Positions 9,215 through 21,205 are shown, counted from the stretch's first letter. The stretch is 64,000 nt of DNA from Candidatus Latescibacterota bacterium (GCA_965261395.1 OZ253462.1:1088001-1152000), one strand, 5' to 3'. The notes: a model not told the origin generated them from the sequence alone. Program-made: numbers and translations.

Positions 9215-12200
9215 AGGATTTCCTCCAGTATGTCGCGCGCCTTTTCCAAGCGCTCTATCTCGTCGCGGCCTGGCACTCGGACCTCGATCTTGAGCTGCTC
9301 ACCCAAGTCGAAGTCTAGCTGAGTAGAACACTGCTCCACCATCTTCTGGATGTCGGCTGGTGAGATCGGCCGGTCTGGCGGAAAGGCGAGGCGAAAGTAA
9401 GTCTGCTCCAACTGAACGCTTTCGAGGCCGAGTTGGCGGGCCATGATCTTGATTTCCATGATGTGCATTAGCGAGCGAGCTGGCTGGGGCAGACGCCCAA
9501 AGCGATCCTGCATCTCCTCGCGGATATCCAGAAGATCGACAATGCGGCCGGCGTCGGCTAAGCGCTGGTAGAACTCCATCTTTTGGTCCGGGTCGCGCAG
9601 GTACTCGTCTGGAATATAAGCCGATACCGCGATTTTTATCTCGGGCTCGGGGTTATCGGGCGAGTACTCGCCCTTGATTTCGCGCATGGCCTCGTCCAAC
9701 AGGCGGCAGTAGAGGTCGAAGCCGACGGCGGCGATAAATCCGTGTTGCTGCGCCCCCACTAGGTTGCCGGCACCGCGAATTTCTAGATCGCGCATGGCGA
9801 TGTTAAACCCAGACCCCAAATCGGCGAATTCCTCGATGGCGCGTAGGCGCATACGGCTCTTCTTGGTCAATTTCTTGCCCTTGGGTACCAGCAGATAAGC
9901 GTAGGCGCGCTCGTTGGAGCGGCCAACCCGGCCCCTGATCTGGTAGAGCTGGCTCAGTCCCAGCGCGTCGGCGCGGTTGACGATGATAGTGTTAACCGAA
10001 GGGATGTCGATACCCGATTCAATGATCATGGTGCAGACTAAGCAGTCGTATTTTCGTTCCAGGAAATCGACCATCACCTTCTCTAGCTGCTTGGGCGGCA
10101 TCTGCCCGTGGGCGACGCCGAAGTGCACCTGTGGCAGGAGGTCTTGCAGATATTCCTTGAGCCGCTGGATCGACTGTACTCGGTTGTGGACGACGTAAAC
10201 TTGCCCGCCGCGCTCGACCTCGCGGTGGATGGCCTCGGCGATGCGGGCCTCGTCAAAAGCTAGGATCTCGGTGTGGATGGGCAGGCGATCCTGCGGTGGG
10301 GTGTTGATCACCGACATGTCCCGAGAACCCATCATCGACATGTGCAGGGTGCGCGGGATCGGGGTTGCCGTCAGGGTCAGCACATCGACGAGCCGCTTTA
10401 GCTGCTTGAGCCGCTCCTTGTGGCGGACCCCAAAGCGCTGCTCTTCATCGACGACCAAAAGCCCTAAGTCGCGGAAGCGAATGTCCTTGGAGAGGATGCG
10501 ATGGGTACCTATGAGCACATCGACTTGGCCGCTTTTGACGTCTTGGAGGATCTGCTGCTGTTCCTTGGGGGAACGGAAGCGGCTGAGCACCTCAACGCGC
10601 GCTGGGGTGTGCCCCATGCGTTCCGAGAAGGTCTGGTAGTGCTGCTCGGCGAGAATGGTGGTGGGCACCAGTACGGCGGTCTGCTTGTGGTCGCAGATGG
10701 CCTTGAAGGCGGCGCGCACGGCGACCTCGGTTTTGCCATAGCCGACGTCGCCGCAGACTAAGCGATCCATCGGATGCGGCGCTTCCATATCCTTTTTGAC
10801 GTCCTCCATGGTGCGCAACTGGTCGGGCGTCTCTTGGAAGGGAAAGGCCGCCTCTAACTCGCGGTGCAGCGGGCCATCGGCAGAGAACACAAAGCCGGGC
10901 CGGGCCTTGCGCTCGGCGTAGAGGTGCACCAACTCGCTGGCCATTTTGAAGATCTCTTCGCGCGTGCGCTCCTTGAGTTTTTCCCACGCGGCGCTGCCCA
11001 GCTTGTTGAGCAGGGGTGTCTCGCCTTCGGCGCTGGAATACTTGCGCAGGCGGTCGAGTTGTTCGACCGGGACGAAGACGCGGTCTTGGTCCTGATAGGC
11101 CACGACGAGGCAATCGTGCTCGCGTCCGCCGATCCGCAGGCGGCGGATGCCCGAGTAGCGGCCAATGCCGTGGTCGATGTGGACGACGAAATCGCCGCGC
11201 TGCAAGGCACCGTAGTTGGCGATGGACTTGGCTGAGCGGAACCGGCGGTAGCGGTAGCGGGGCTTCTGGCGGTTAAAGATCTCGTGGTCGTTGAGTAGGG
11301 CTAGCTGGGCTTGCGGAAAGGTGAAGCCTCGGTGCAGCGAGCCAAGCCCGAAGTGGATCTCGGGGCAGTCGGCGAAAATCTCTTGTAAACGGCTCGCCTG
11401 CCCCTGGGTCTCGCAGCGGATGTGGATAGCATAGGACTCCGTTGCGAGCCGGTCGATTTCCTGTTGGAGGAGGGCGCGCTCACCGGCAAAGACGCGCGGC
11501 TCCGTGGCCTCGAAGCGGACGGCGTTATCGAGTTGGCCCAAGGGCGCCGGCTCGAGCCGAGTGCGGTCGCCTAGCTGCGCGATGAGCCAATCCCCGTCGC
11601 GCAGGAGTGCCGACGGGGGCAGCCGCGATTCTTTTTGTCGCGACCGCTCGTACTCTTGGCGCGGCTTCGCTAGAGCCTTGTCGAGGGCCGCGGCGATGTC
11701 CTCGCGCTCCGCCAAAAAGAGCACTGGCTCTTTGAGATACTCGAAAAGCCCGTCGTCGCGGCCGTAGAGCAGGGAGGTGTAGCACTCAATGCCGTCGAGC
11801 GACTCGCCTAGCTCTAGCTGGTCTTTCAGCGGAGCGAGGGCTTCCACCGCGCCAGCGGCCTCAATCCGCTGGAGGTAATCTTCGTAAAAGGGAGAATCGA
11901 GCAGCACCTCGCGCGCTGGCAGCACCCAAGCCTCTTCGCAGGTGCTCAGCGAGCGCTGGGTGCTGACGTCGAAGTGGCGGATGGATTCGATTTCATCGCC
12001 GAAAAACTCGCAGCGATAGGGATGCTCAACGCCGAAAGGGTATATGTCGAGGATGCCGCCGCGCAGGCTGAACTGCCCGATGCCGTCGATGGACGCCACG
12101 CGATCAAAGCCGCAGGCGACCCAGTGCGAGCAGAGCGCGTCGAGGTCTCGTTCCTCCCCTACCTTGAGAATCTCCGTGCCCAATTCGAGGGCATGGGGCG

Positions 12201-12609
12201 GGATTAGCGGATCGAGCAGGGCCGAGACCGGGGCGACGACGATGGCCGGTTCGCCGCGCATGAGCCGCGCGGCGGCGGCCACGCGCAAGCTGGTAATTTC
12301 GAGATCCGGGGACTGCCGGTCGTAGATGCCAACGTCCCAAGCGGGGAAGTAATAGACCATCTGCTCGCCGGCGATGACTTGGAGATCGTCGCGCCACTGC
12401 TCGGCCTGGTCCTCGTCGGCCGTGACGATGAGCACCGGGCGTTCGAGGGCCGTGCGGATGTGACTGGTGAGAAAGGCGGCTAGGGTCGTAGGCAGCCCGT
12501 GGATCAGGATGTGTTGCTGTCCATTCGCAAGCCGGGCGGCGATCTCTTTGAAACTGTCCGTCTGGGACGTCAGGCGAACGATGTGATCCAGTGAATGGGC
12601 AGAATCCAT
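9211..12609 (-). CDS. mfd: Transcription-repair coupling factor
   Basis: UvrB-like N-terminus (RGGILDIY), RID (VVHIDHGIG), GDVGYGKT, DEEQRFG, QIRGRVGR, TRG motif. Confidence 0.97.
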   Translation of the reverse strand: MDSAHSLDHIVRLTSQTDSFKEIAARLANGQQHILIHGLPTTLAAFLTSHIRTALERPVLIVTADEDQAEQWRDDLQVIAGEQMVYYFPAWDVGIYDRQSPDLEITSLRVAAAARLMRGEPAIVVAPVSALLDPLIPPHALELGTEILKVGEERDLDALCSHWVACGFDRVASIDGIGQFSLRGGILDIYPFGVEHPYRCEFFGDEIESIRHFDVSTQRSLSTCEEAWVLPAREVLLDSPFYEDYLQRIEAAGAVEALAPLKDQLELGESLDGIECYTSLLYGRDDGLFEYLKEPVLFLAEREDIAAALDKALAKPRQEYERSRQKESRLPPSALLRDGDWLIAQLGDRTRLEPAPLGQLDNAVRFEATEPRVFAGERALLQQEIDRLATESYAIHIRCETQGQASRLQEIFADCPEIHFGLGSLHRGFTFPQAQLALLNDHEIFNRQKPRYRYRRFRSAKSIANYGALQRGDFVVHIDHGIGRYSGIRRLRIGGREHDCLVVAYQDQDRVFVPVEQLDRLRKYSSAEGETPLLNKLGSAAWEKLKERTREEIFKMASELVHLYAERKARPGFVFSADGPLHRELEAAFPFQETPDQLRTMEDVKKDMEAPHPMDRLVCGDVGYGKTEVAVRAAFKAICDHKQTAVLVPTTILAEQHYQTFSERMGHTPARVEVLSRFRSPKEQQQILQDVKSGQVDVLIGTHRILSKDIRFRDLGLLVVDEEQRFGVRHKERLKQLKRLVDVLTLTATPIPRTLHMSMMGSRDMSVINTPPQDRLPIHTEILAFDEARIAEAIHREVERGGQVYVVHNRVQSIQRLKEYLQDLLPQVHFGVAHGQMPPKQLEKVMVDFLERKYDCLVCTMIIESGIDIPSVNTIIVNRADALGLSQLYQIRGRVGRSNERAYAYLLVPKGKKLTKKSRMRLRAIEEFADLGSGFNIAMRDLEIRGAGNLVGAQQHGFIAAVGFDLYCRLLDEAMREIKGEYSPDNPEPEIKIAVSAYIPDEYLRDPDQKMEFYQRLADAGRIVDLLDIREEMQDRFGRLPQPARSLMHIMEIKIMARQLGLESVQLEQTYFRLAFPPDRPISPADIQKMVEQCSTQLDFDLGEQLKIEVRVPGRDEIERLEKARDILEEIL

Positions 12610-12688
12610 TCCGTTCTCAACGTGCTATTAAAGAAGTTTATGCGGCGAAAATAGCCGGAGCAGGGCCTACCCGCGGTCGAGAAATCCG

Positions 12689-12726
12689 AAAAAAAGGGTC
12701 TGCGACGGCATGTCGTAAACCCTTTA
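12689..12726 (-). terminator. Rho-independent terminator after tRNA-Ala
   Basis: Minus strand AAGGGTTTACGAC-ATGCC-GTCGCAGACCCTT followed by a T tract. Confidence 0.7.
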
Positions 12727-12744
12727 CTACCTGACAGCTTATCA

Positions 12745-12820
12745 TGGTGGAGCTGAGGGGAATCGAACCCCTGACCTCCTGAATGCCATTCAGGCGCTCT
12801 CCCAACTGAGCTACAGCCCC
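12745..12820 (-). tRNA. tRNA-Ala(GGC)
   Basis: GGGGCTGTAGCTCAGTTGGGAGAGCGCCTGAATGGCATTCAGGAGGTCAGGGGTTCGATTCCCCTCAGCTCCACCA: full cloverleaf, G3:U70, anticodon GGC, encoded CCA. Confidence 0.97.
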
Positions 12821-12872
12821 ATAAGACCAAAAAAGATAAGCAATCCCCCGCTACATCGTCAAGGAGGCGAGT

Positions 12873-13424
12873 TCAGCCGCCGTTAATCACCACGCCCATA
12901 TTGAGGTCGGCGACCGCGTAGTCGTCGCGGTCGGAGAAACTGGGTCCCAGCGAAAAGAAGGCCACGCGCACTTGCACTTGCATTCCCGCGTCGAAGTCGT
13001 CGCTGGTCCTCAGCGTGAGCGTCCCTAGGATATCATCGCCCTTTTTGGTTTGGGTAATGCTCGCGCCGCCGGTGCGCCACAGCCCCTCTTCCATCAGCTC
13101 AATGCTAAAGGGCGGGGTGAGAAAAGGCTCGGTGGCGGCGAAGGAAGAGCCTTCAAAAGCCAAGGCATTGGCCGGCTCAATCTCTAGGCGCAACTCAAAC
13201 TGTTTGACGTTTATCATGCCTTGGGCCGCAAAGGTGAGGACGACCTCTTGACCGGGGCTGGTAGCCGTGAATTGGCTCTCCTCGATGTGAATGCTTTGCG
13301 CGTAGCGGCCGTCGAGCTGGGCTGAGAGTGCCGGGGGATTCGCGCTAGGGCTTTGGGTCGAATCGGTGCCACAGGAAGCGAACAACGCGGCGAAGAGGAG
13401 TAAAGCACAGCGGCGAATTTTCAT
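12873..13424 (-). CDS. Hypothetical lipoprotein, beta-rich (cohesin/Ig-like)
   Basis: MKIRR...LFAS-C lipobox; GAGGTG RBS before ATG 13424. Confidence 0.7.
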   Translation of the reverse strand: MKIRRCALLLFAALFASCGTDSTQSPSANPPALSAQLDGRYAQSIHIEESQFTATSPGQEVVLTFAAQGMINVKQFELRLEIEPANALAFEGSSFAATEPFLTPPFSIELMEEGLWRTGGASITQTKKGDDILGTLTLRTSDDFDAGMQVQVRVAFFSLGPSFSDRDDYAVADLNMGVVINGG

Positions 13425-13591
13425 GGGACACCTCATCGGAAGCCTTTGTTTGACAGCCTGTTAAGGGCAGCGCTTGCTTCAAGTAGGTTGTTTGGGGCTA
13501 ATTAAGCAAGCATTTTATCCCCATGGGAACTTAAGAAACGGGCTTGAACCGTCGGGCCGTGTATTAGATATTTAGGCATGATGAGGGCGAT

Positions 13592-13945
13592 ATGTTCTAC
13601 TACTTCCTATATGCGGCCTGCGGGGTCTTCCTAATCTGCCTGGCCTATGCGGCCTATGTGATCTTGGGACGGCTAGTAGTCTTGCGCGGCTTGCGGCAGC
13701 TCGCCTTCCGAGTGCAGATGCTGGCCCACGGCCGCACCTCGCGGCTCGGCAGTCTGCTCAACGCCCACCCGCTCTTGTTGTTTTTCTCTGACCGGCTCTC
13801 CGTCGAACTCGAGCGCGAGCTCGTTCACTTGGAGCGCCGCCGCCGCATCCAAACCCCCTATCAGTCGCGGCAATGTATGCCATTCGCGTTAGACCGCCTC
13901 AAGCTGTTGAGACGCCGCGTCGAGCGAATTGAGCAAACGATCTAA
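13592..13945 (+). CDS. Hypothetical membrane-anchored protein
   Basis: GAGGG RBS, N-terminal hydrophobic helix; fills the gap between minus-strand genes. Confidence 0.6.
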   Translation: MFYYFLYAACGVFLICLAYAAYVILGRLVVLRGLRQLAFRVQMLAHGRTSRLGSLLNAHPLLLFFSDRLSVELERELVHLERRRRIQTPYQSRQCMPFALDRLKLLRRRVERIEQTI

Positions 13946-14433
13946 GGCACAGTTGCTTGCAGCCGCAGCCACGCGTTGCCGCGCCGCATCTCCACTTGCA
14001 TCTCGGTACCAATACTGAGGCCGGACTGCACGGTGCCAAAGTCCGCGAGGTGAGCATCGACATAGGCGTCGATGGCAGCCAAAGCGACCGAGAGCGCGAA
14101 ATAGAGCAGGCGACTGTTGCGGCGGGCGGTGCGGTCTTGGTGTTCTTCGGGTGTGGGTGCGGAACGGATGCGGCGGTGCTCGACCACGACCGCGGTGAGG
14201 GCTGTCGCGCTAGCAGCACCGAAGAACAATCCCTTGATGGGGCGGCCATTGTAGTACTGGCCCCAGCCGGGCAGCACGGCCGACCGCAGGAGCGCACCAT
14301 GCGCCGAAGACAGGGTGTCGGTGCGAGTCGAATCGGTTGCTGCCTCTGTGGCGCCGGCCGGTCGCCCCGCGAGCAGGGCGAGGAGCAAGCTAGCCCAGCC
14401 GCATGCCAGCCGCAATCGGGTAGCCCCGCACAA
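13942..14433 (-). CDS. DUF5683-like membrane protein
   Basis: LRSAVLPGWGQYYN...AAIDAYVDAHL motifs. Confidence 0.7.
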   Translation of the reverse strand: MCGATRLRLACGWASLLLALLAGRPAGATEAATDSTRTDTLSSAHGALLRSAVLPGWGQYYNGRPIKGLFFGAASATALTAVVVEHRRIRSAPTPEEHQDRTARRNSRLLYFALSVALAAIDAYVDAHLADFGTVQSGLSIGTEMQVEMRRGNAWLRLQATVP

Positions 14434-15313
14434 AGGCCGTTCCCTCCATGGCGGCTTTGCCCGCCGGTTGTATTTGGGTTAGTTGCAGGGCACCCTCTCC
14501 GCAGGCCACGGTTAAACCGCGACGGCCGTCGGCGCAGAGTACAATGCCGGGTGCTCCACAGCCCGCCGCGCGCTGAGTCCGGTGCACTTTGAGCGTTTTG
14601 CCTTGCCATTGGGTATAGGCACCGGGCGCGGGATTCATGCCGCGGACGAGGTTGCGGACCCGCTCGGCTGGTTGGTGCCAGTCAATCTGGCCGTCCTCTT
14701 TGGTCAACTTGGGGGCCCGACTGATGCCATCCGTGCCTTGGGGCCGTCCGGTGAGGCGGCCTTCCTCCAGCCCATCGACGGTCGCCACGACCATCTTGGC
14801 ACCCTCCACACACAAGCGGGCCTCCAGCTCGCCGGCCGTCTCGTCACAGCCGACGGCAAAGCGGCGCTGGAGTAGGATGTGCCCCGTGTCGATGTGCGGG
14901 CTAAGTTGGAAAGTGGTGATGCCGGTCTCCTTCTCCCCATTGGCCACCGCCCAGATAACGGGGGCCGCGCCGCGATACGCTGGCAACAGCGAGGGATGCA
15001 GGTTGATTGAGCCGAGGCGAGGAATGGCGAGGAGGTGCCGGGGCAGGATTGAAAAAGCGACGACAACAAAGAGGTCGGGCATGCGAGCGGCTAGAGTTGC
15101 GGATAGCGCTGGGTCTTTGACCGTGGTCGGTTGCAGTACTTCTAATCCGAGCTTTAGGGCTTGTTCTTTGACGGGCGGACTTGCAAGCTGGCGGCCCCGT
15201 CCTTGGGGTCGGTCGGGATTGGTGACAACGGCGATGATCTGGTGGCGGCTCTGGGCGAGGGATTTTAAGGAGGGAACCGCAAAGCGAGGGGTTCCCATAA
15301 ATACAAGCCTCAC
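14390..15313 (-). CDS. fmt: Methionyl-tRNA formyltransferase
   Basis: VFMGTPRFA, PDRPQGRG, NLHPSLLPAYRGAAP. Confidence 0.95.
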   Translation of the reverse strand: MRLVFMGTPRFAVPSLKSLAQSRHQIIAVVTNPDRPQGRGRQLASPPVKEQALKLGLEVLQPTTVKDPALSATLAARMPDLFVVVAFSILPRHLLAIPRLGSINLHPSLLPAYRGAAPVIWAVANGEKETGITTFQLSPHIDTGHILLQRRFAVGCDETAGELEARLCVEGAKMVVATVDGLEEGRLTGRPQGTDGISRAPKLTKEDGQIDWHQPAERVRNLVRGMNPAPGAYTQWQGKTLKVHRTQRAAGCGAPGIVLCADGRRGLTVACGEGALQLTQIQPAGKAAMEGTAFVRGYPIAAGMRLG

Positions 15314-15660
15314 TACTTCCCCTTGCCGTCGGCGTCTTCTTTGTTTTTTACCCGCGAAACGGCCGCCCGCGAGATTTCGACCTTGACGTTCTCGGCGATT
15401 TTGACCACGAGGATATCGTCTTTGATGTTGAGAATGGTACCGTGGATCCCACCGCTGGTGACAATTTCATCGTTTTTTTCGAGTTCGTCAATCATCCGCT
15501 GTTGGTTCTTCTGCTTCTTCATCTGGGGCCTCAACAGCAAGAGGTAGAGAACCAAGAACATCAGCGCAAAGGGCAGGAGCGAGGCGATGGGGTTGGGCTG
15601 TCCGCCGCCGTCGGCGGGCGAGCCGCCCAAGGCGTAAGCCGTGGAAATGAGATCGAACAC
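15313..15660 (-). CDS. yajC: Preprotein translocase subunit YajC
   Basis: TM helix followed by LRPQMKK and VTSGGIHG. Confidence 0.93.
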   Translation of the reverse strand: MFDLISTAYALGGSPADGGGQPNPIASLLPFALMFLVLYLLLLRPQMKKQKNQQRMIDELEKNDEIVTSGGIHGTILNIKDDILVVKIAENVKVEISRAAVSRVKNKEDADGKGK

Positions 15661-15755
15661 GGATCAATTCCTTTCGTCAGGGTAAGAGCGATAAACCAAA
15701 TACTCGTCTAGGCAACGCGCCGCCTAAAATGCGCGGCCTTTGCGGCAAAATGTTC

Positions 15756-15819
15756 AGAGTACGAGGCGGGAACGCCTTTGTCAAACCCTTTGACATTACA
15801 GCACGCTCGCCATTAAGAT
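15756..15819. promoter_or_regulatory. Back-to-back divergent sigma70 promoters (yajC / HEAT gene)
   Basis: Plus: TTGACA 15790, 18 nt, TAAGAT 15814. Minus: TTGACA 15784-15779, 17 nt, TACTCT 15761-15756. Confidence 0.6.
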
Positions 15820-15852
15820 GATGATGACAAGCTCGAGACAGGAGAATTGGAC

Positions 15853-16422
15853 ATGAGCAGAAAAAGACGCAACAGCGATTCGCGGCCCAAGGGACTGAAC
15901 AAGCATCAGCGGGCGGCTTTCCGCCTAGGCGAGATGCGCGTGGGGCGCGAAGAGATTCAAGAACTGTTGCAAATGTCGCGTAGCGCCGATCCAGAAGATC
16001 GCTTACAGGCAGCGTCCTTTTTGTGCCCTTGCCACGTGCGTCGGAGCATAAACGAGGTTTGGCAAGCACTCTATCGGATGCTCGAAGACCAAGATACGCG
16101 GGTGCGCCGCGCCGCGTGGCACACGCTCGAAGACGGCGGCAAACCCGACGATCCAGCGCTCGACGAGATCATAGAGCGCACCTTGGAGCGCGAGACCGAC
16201 AAGCAAGTGCTCAACTTTGCGCGGTTATTTTCCCAAGGGCGCGAAAAGCGCAAACAAGTCGAGTTCGAAATAGCGGCGGTTCCCGAGTACACAGAGCGCG
16301 GCAAGTGCGATTTCTGCGGTAAGCAGTTCGTGCCGGTCAAGAAGGATTTTGCGACCGAACTCGACGTGGGCGGAGCGCGGCGGTTCGCCCACGTCTGCGC
16401 GCCCTGCGACCAAGCGGCCTGA
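15853..16422 (+). CDS. HEAT-repeat protein with CPCH motif and C-terminal Cys4 zinc-finger-like element
   Basis: AGGAG RBS; LEDQDTRVRRAAWHTL HEAT-like repeat; LCPCHV; CDFC...CAPC. Confidence 0.75.
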   Translation: MSRKRRNSDSRPKGLNKHQRAAFRLGEMRVGREEIQELLQMSRSADPEDRLQAASFLCPCHVRRSINEVWQALYRMLEDQDTRVRRAAWHTLEDGGKPDDPALDEIIERTLERETDKQVLNFARLFSQGREKRKQVEFEIAAVPEYTERGKCDFCGKQFVPVKKDFATELDVGGARRFAHVCAPCDQAA

Positions 16423-16432
16423 GCCGATTCTT

Positions 16433-18696
<2,264 letters not shown>

Positions 18697-18700
18697 CGGC

Positions 18701-19369
18701 TCAGGGTGCTATTTTTTGCTTTAGTGCCGCCCAGCTAAAGGCGTTTGCCAAGTGCTTGCCGGCCCCGCCGCAGGCACCTGTCAAGGCCTCGTTCTCCCAG
18801 CGGACAATTTTCCACAGATCGTCGTTTGGGTCGAGGCGGAGCTTGTAGGTCATGTTCTGATCTACGCGGAAGCCCTCGCCAGCCGATTCCAGCATCTCCA
18901 TTTGGACCTGCCCATAGAAGACCTCCCAGTCTTCGTCTGGGTGTCCGTCGGGGTCCTCGGGAAAGGCTTCTGGATATTCGGAGCCGAGTTCTTGATAGCG
19001 GCGCTTGAGCGTAAAGTCGAAGGTAAAATTATGGCGGAACCTATCGAAAATACCCTCCTGCGAACCATCGCGGCTGCCAGCCATGATCTCTAGCTCTTCT
19101 TCAAAATTGTTGTGGAAGACCACTTCGCCGAGGCAATCCCATTCGGTAAACAAGAAGTCTTGGTCGAGCAGGCTCTCGTAGAGCTCTTCGTCGCGGGTGC
19201 GCATGGCGCGGGCGAGGTTGTCCATGAGTTGCTCAGGGGTAGTGGCCTCGGGGGCAGGCGGGAGCGGTGGTATAACATCTTTGAGGTCCTGTGTCGGAGG
19301 TGCAAAAGGATTGCTGCAGACGCTCAAGGCGAGGAAGCAGCAAAAGCTCAAGAAGGTGAGTGATTTCAC
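18701..19369 (-). CDS. Hypothetical lipoprotein, NTF2-like
   Basis: GTG 19369 with GGAG RBS; LALSV-C-SNPFAP; TPEQLMDNL...YESLLDQDFLF...WKIVRW. Confidence 0.7.
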   Translation of the reverse strand: MKSLTFLSFCCFLALSVCSNPFAPPTQDLKDVIPPLPPAPEATTPEQLMDNLARAMRTRDEELYESLLDQDFLFTEWDCLGEVVFHNNFEEELEIMAGSRDGSQEGIFDRFRHNFTFDFTLKRRYQELGSEYPEAFPEDPDGHPDEDWEVFYGQVQMEMLESAGEGFRVDQNMTYKLRLDPNDDLWKIVRWENEALTGACGGAGKHLANAFSWAALKQKIAP

Positions 19370-19445
19370 GGTCGTACTCCGGGTCGGTGTCGTGCGATTA
19401 GTTGTGCTAGTTAAGATACAAATCAGAGGGACGATTATCAAAGAT

Positions 19446-20198
19446 TCACTGCGAGAAGAGCGCCCGCAACTCCCCCCAAGAGAACTTCGCCGAAGCTCGG
19501 TCGCGCCGGTCGCGCCAAGCCGCGATCGACCACACGGGATTTTCCACCGTGGGCGTCACCAAATCGATTTCCGCAAGGCCCTTAATGCCGATCGTGTTGA
19601 ATGTCGTTTCCACTGAGTCTGCCCCGGTCGCGCTGCTTATCTCGACGAACTCGGCTTCGTAGGGAAAGATGAAGGTTTCGCGTAGCTCGTCGTCGGCCGG
19701 GATGCGCTCGTCCGAGGACGATTTGAACCAGCGTATAAAGCGCGCACTCTGGATCCGCTCCGGTGAGAGAATGATGCGGGCGAAGTTGCGCTCCTCAGCC
19801 GCCCCCCAGAGAGTATCGCGGTCGGCGTTGTATATCGTTGGATATAGCTGCACATCTTCGGGGTTGGGGTCGAAGACAAAGTCGTCGGTAAACTGCTCCA
19901 TGTACTGTTGAGGGCTGCGGGATTCGGGTTGGGCTTGAAAGATAGAAGCGAGATTGGCCAGCACGTATTCGGGGCGCGTGCGCTCGCGCAGGAAGATCTG
20001 TTGGCCACTAGGGCAGTCGGGAATCTGGGTCGATAGCGGGGTCTTAGGGTCGGGGCGCTCCTCGGCCACGCTGTCGGCACAATGGGGAAAAAGCTGGACA
20101 CTCGTGTCGGGCGCGCAGCGACAATCCACTTGTTCGCTGTCCCCTATGGCACAGCCAGCCAACAGCACCGCGAGCAGAAATGATAGGGACGAGAGCAT
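19446..20198 (-). CDS. Hypothetical lipoprotein, NTF2-like; paralogue of the downstream gene
   Basis: ATG 20198 gives an LLAG-C lipobox. The longer 424-aa ORF call overlaps the M50 gene and is not credible. RPEYVLANL...FTDDFVF...WSIAAW. Confidence 0.7.
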   Translation of the reverse strand: MLSSLSFLLAVLLAGCAIGDSEQVDCRCAPDTSVQLFPHCADSVAEERPDPKTPLSTQIPDCPSGQQIFLRERTRPEYVLANLASIFQAQPESRSPQQYMEQFTDDFVFDPNPEDVQLYPTIYNADRDTLWGAAEERNFARIILSPERIQSARFIRWFKSSSDERIPADDELRETFIFPYEAEFVEISSATGADSVETTFNTIGIKGLAEIDLVTPTVENPVWSIAAWRDRRDRASAKFSWGELRALFSQ

Positions 20199-20206
20199 GG
20201 CGCGGC

Positions 20207-21205
20207 TCAGTGGGTGACAAAAGGCACGGGAGCGAAACAGACGACAAAGATCAGCAGGCAGAGGTAGCCAACGAAGTACCGGCCGCGGTCCAGCGTGATA
20301 AAGGGGTCGTAGGGGGCCGGGTGATCCTTGCCAAAAAGCGCGAGGAAAAAGGCCAGCGCGAGCCACCCCGGCCATCCCTGGGGCCACCCCCACAGCAGCG
20401 ATAGGACCCCATAAAGCCCCAAGGCCAACAAAGCGACGTAGGTCGTGCGGGCGATCTGCCGGTGCCGGGGGCCAAAGAGCGCGTACGCGATATGGCCCCC
20501 GTCGAGTTGGCCGATCGGAAAGAGGTTGAAGGCCGTAATAAACAGCCCGACCCAACCGGCAAAAGCCACCGGGTCTAAGAGGACCATTTGGTCCGGCCCA
20601 ATGGCGGGTAAGACGAGAGCGGCGATGCCAGAAAAGAGCAAGGGTGCCCCCAATTCGATTGGGGAAGAGTGAAAGTAATCGACTGAGACCACGGCCGAGC
20701 GCGAAAGCCCGGCGAAGCAAGCCGCGAGGGCGACGACAAAGCCCGCTAGGGGGCCAGCGGCACCAATGTCGAGGAGGGCGCGTTTGTTGGGGATGGGGGA
20801 GCGAATTTTGATGACCGCGCCCAAAGTGCCGAGAAAGGAAACATAGGGCAGGGGGAGAAAGTAAGGCAGCGAGGCCCTGACTCCCCAGCGGCGCGCAGCA
20901 AAGTAATGGCCAAATTCGTGGACCGTAAGAATAAAAAGTAAGGTCGCGGCAAAAGGGATGCCCTCGACGAGGTGAACCAAGGCCGCGATGCTGGTCAGCG
21001 GGTCAACCCCTTGCTGCATGGCACCAGCCGTCGTAGTCGAAGCAATGGTACAGAAAAACAGCAGCAGGTGGACCCATACGCGCGAGGAGTTGGCGTACTG
21101 GACCGGGAGAGATGCCGGGGTTGGCGAGGTTGGCGGCACCACCGGCGACACTGTTTTACGCCAGAAGTTCAAGGGGTTGCGCTTTCCAACTGGAGGCTGA
21201 GCCAA
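20207..21205 (-). CDS. Site-2 protease (M50 family)
   Basis: HEFGH, GAAGP, NLFPIGQLDGGH; multi-TM; true start may be near 21151. Confidence 0.9.
   Translation of the reverse strand: MAQPPVGKRNPLNFWRKTVSPVVPPTSPTPASLPVQYANSSRVWVHLLLFFCTIASTTTAGAMQQGVDPLTSIAALVHLVEGIPFAATLLFILTVHEFGHYFAARRWGVRASLPYFLPLPYVSFLGTLGAVIKIRSPIPNKRALLDIGAAGPLAGFVVALAACFAGLSRSAVVSVDYFHSSPIELGAPLLFSGIAALVLPAIGPDQMVLLDPVAFAGWVGLFITAFNLFPIGQLDGGHIAYALFGPRHRQIARTTYVALLALGLYGVLSLLWGWPQGWPGWLALAFFLALFGKDHPAPYDPFITLDRGRYFVGYLCLLIFVVCFAPVPFVTH

Noticed and set aside
12745-12820. tRNA-Ala as an integration site
   Set aside because: No integrase nearby, and I saw no duplicate of the tRNA 3' end in the window; the flanks are ordinary genes
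12570-12830. 86-aa ORF upstream of mfd
   Set aside because: It is a translation of the tRNA gene and its terminator
20199-20720. N-terminal extension of the 424-aa ORF 19446..20720
   Set aside because: Overlaps the M50 protease in another frame; a lipoprotein signal begins at ATG 20198
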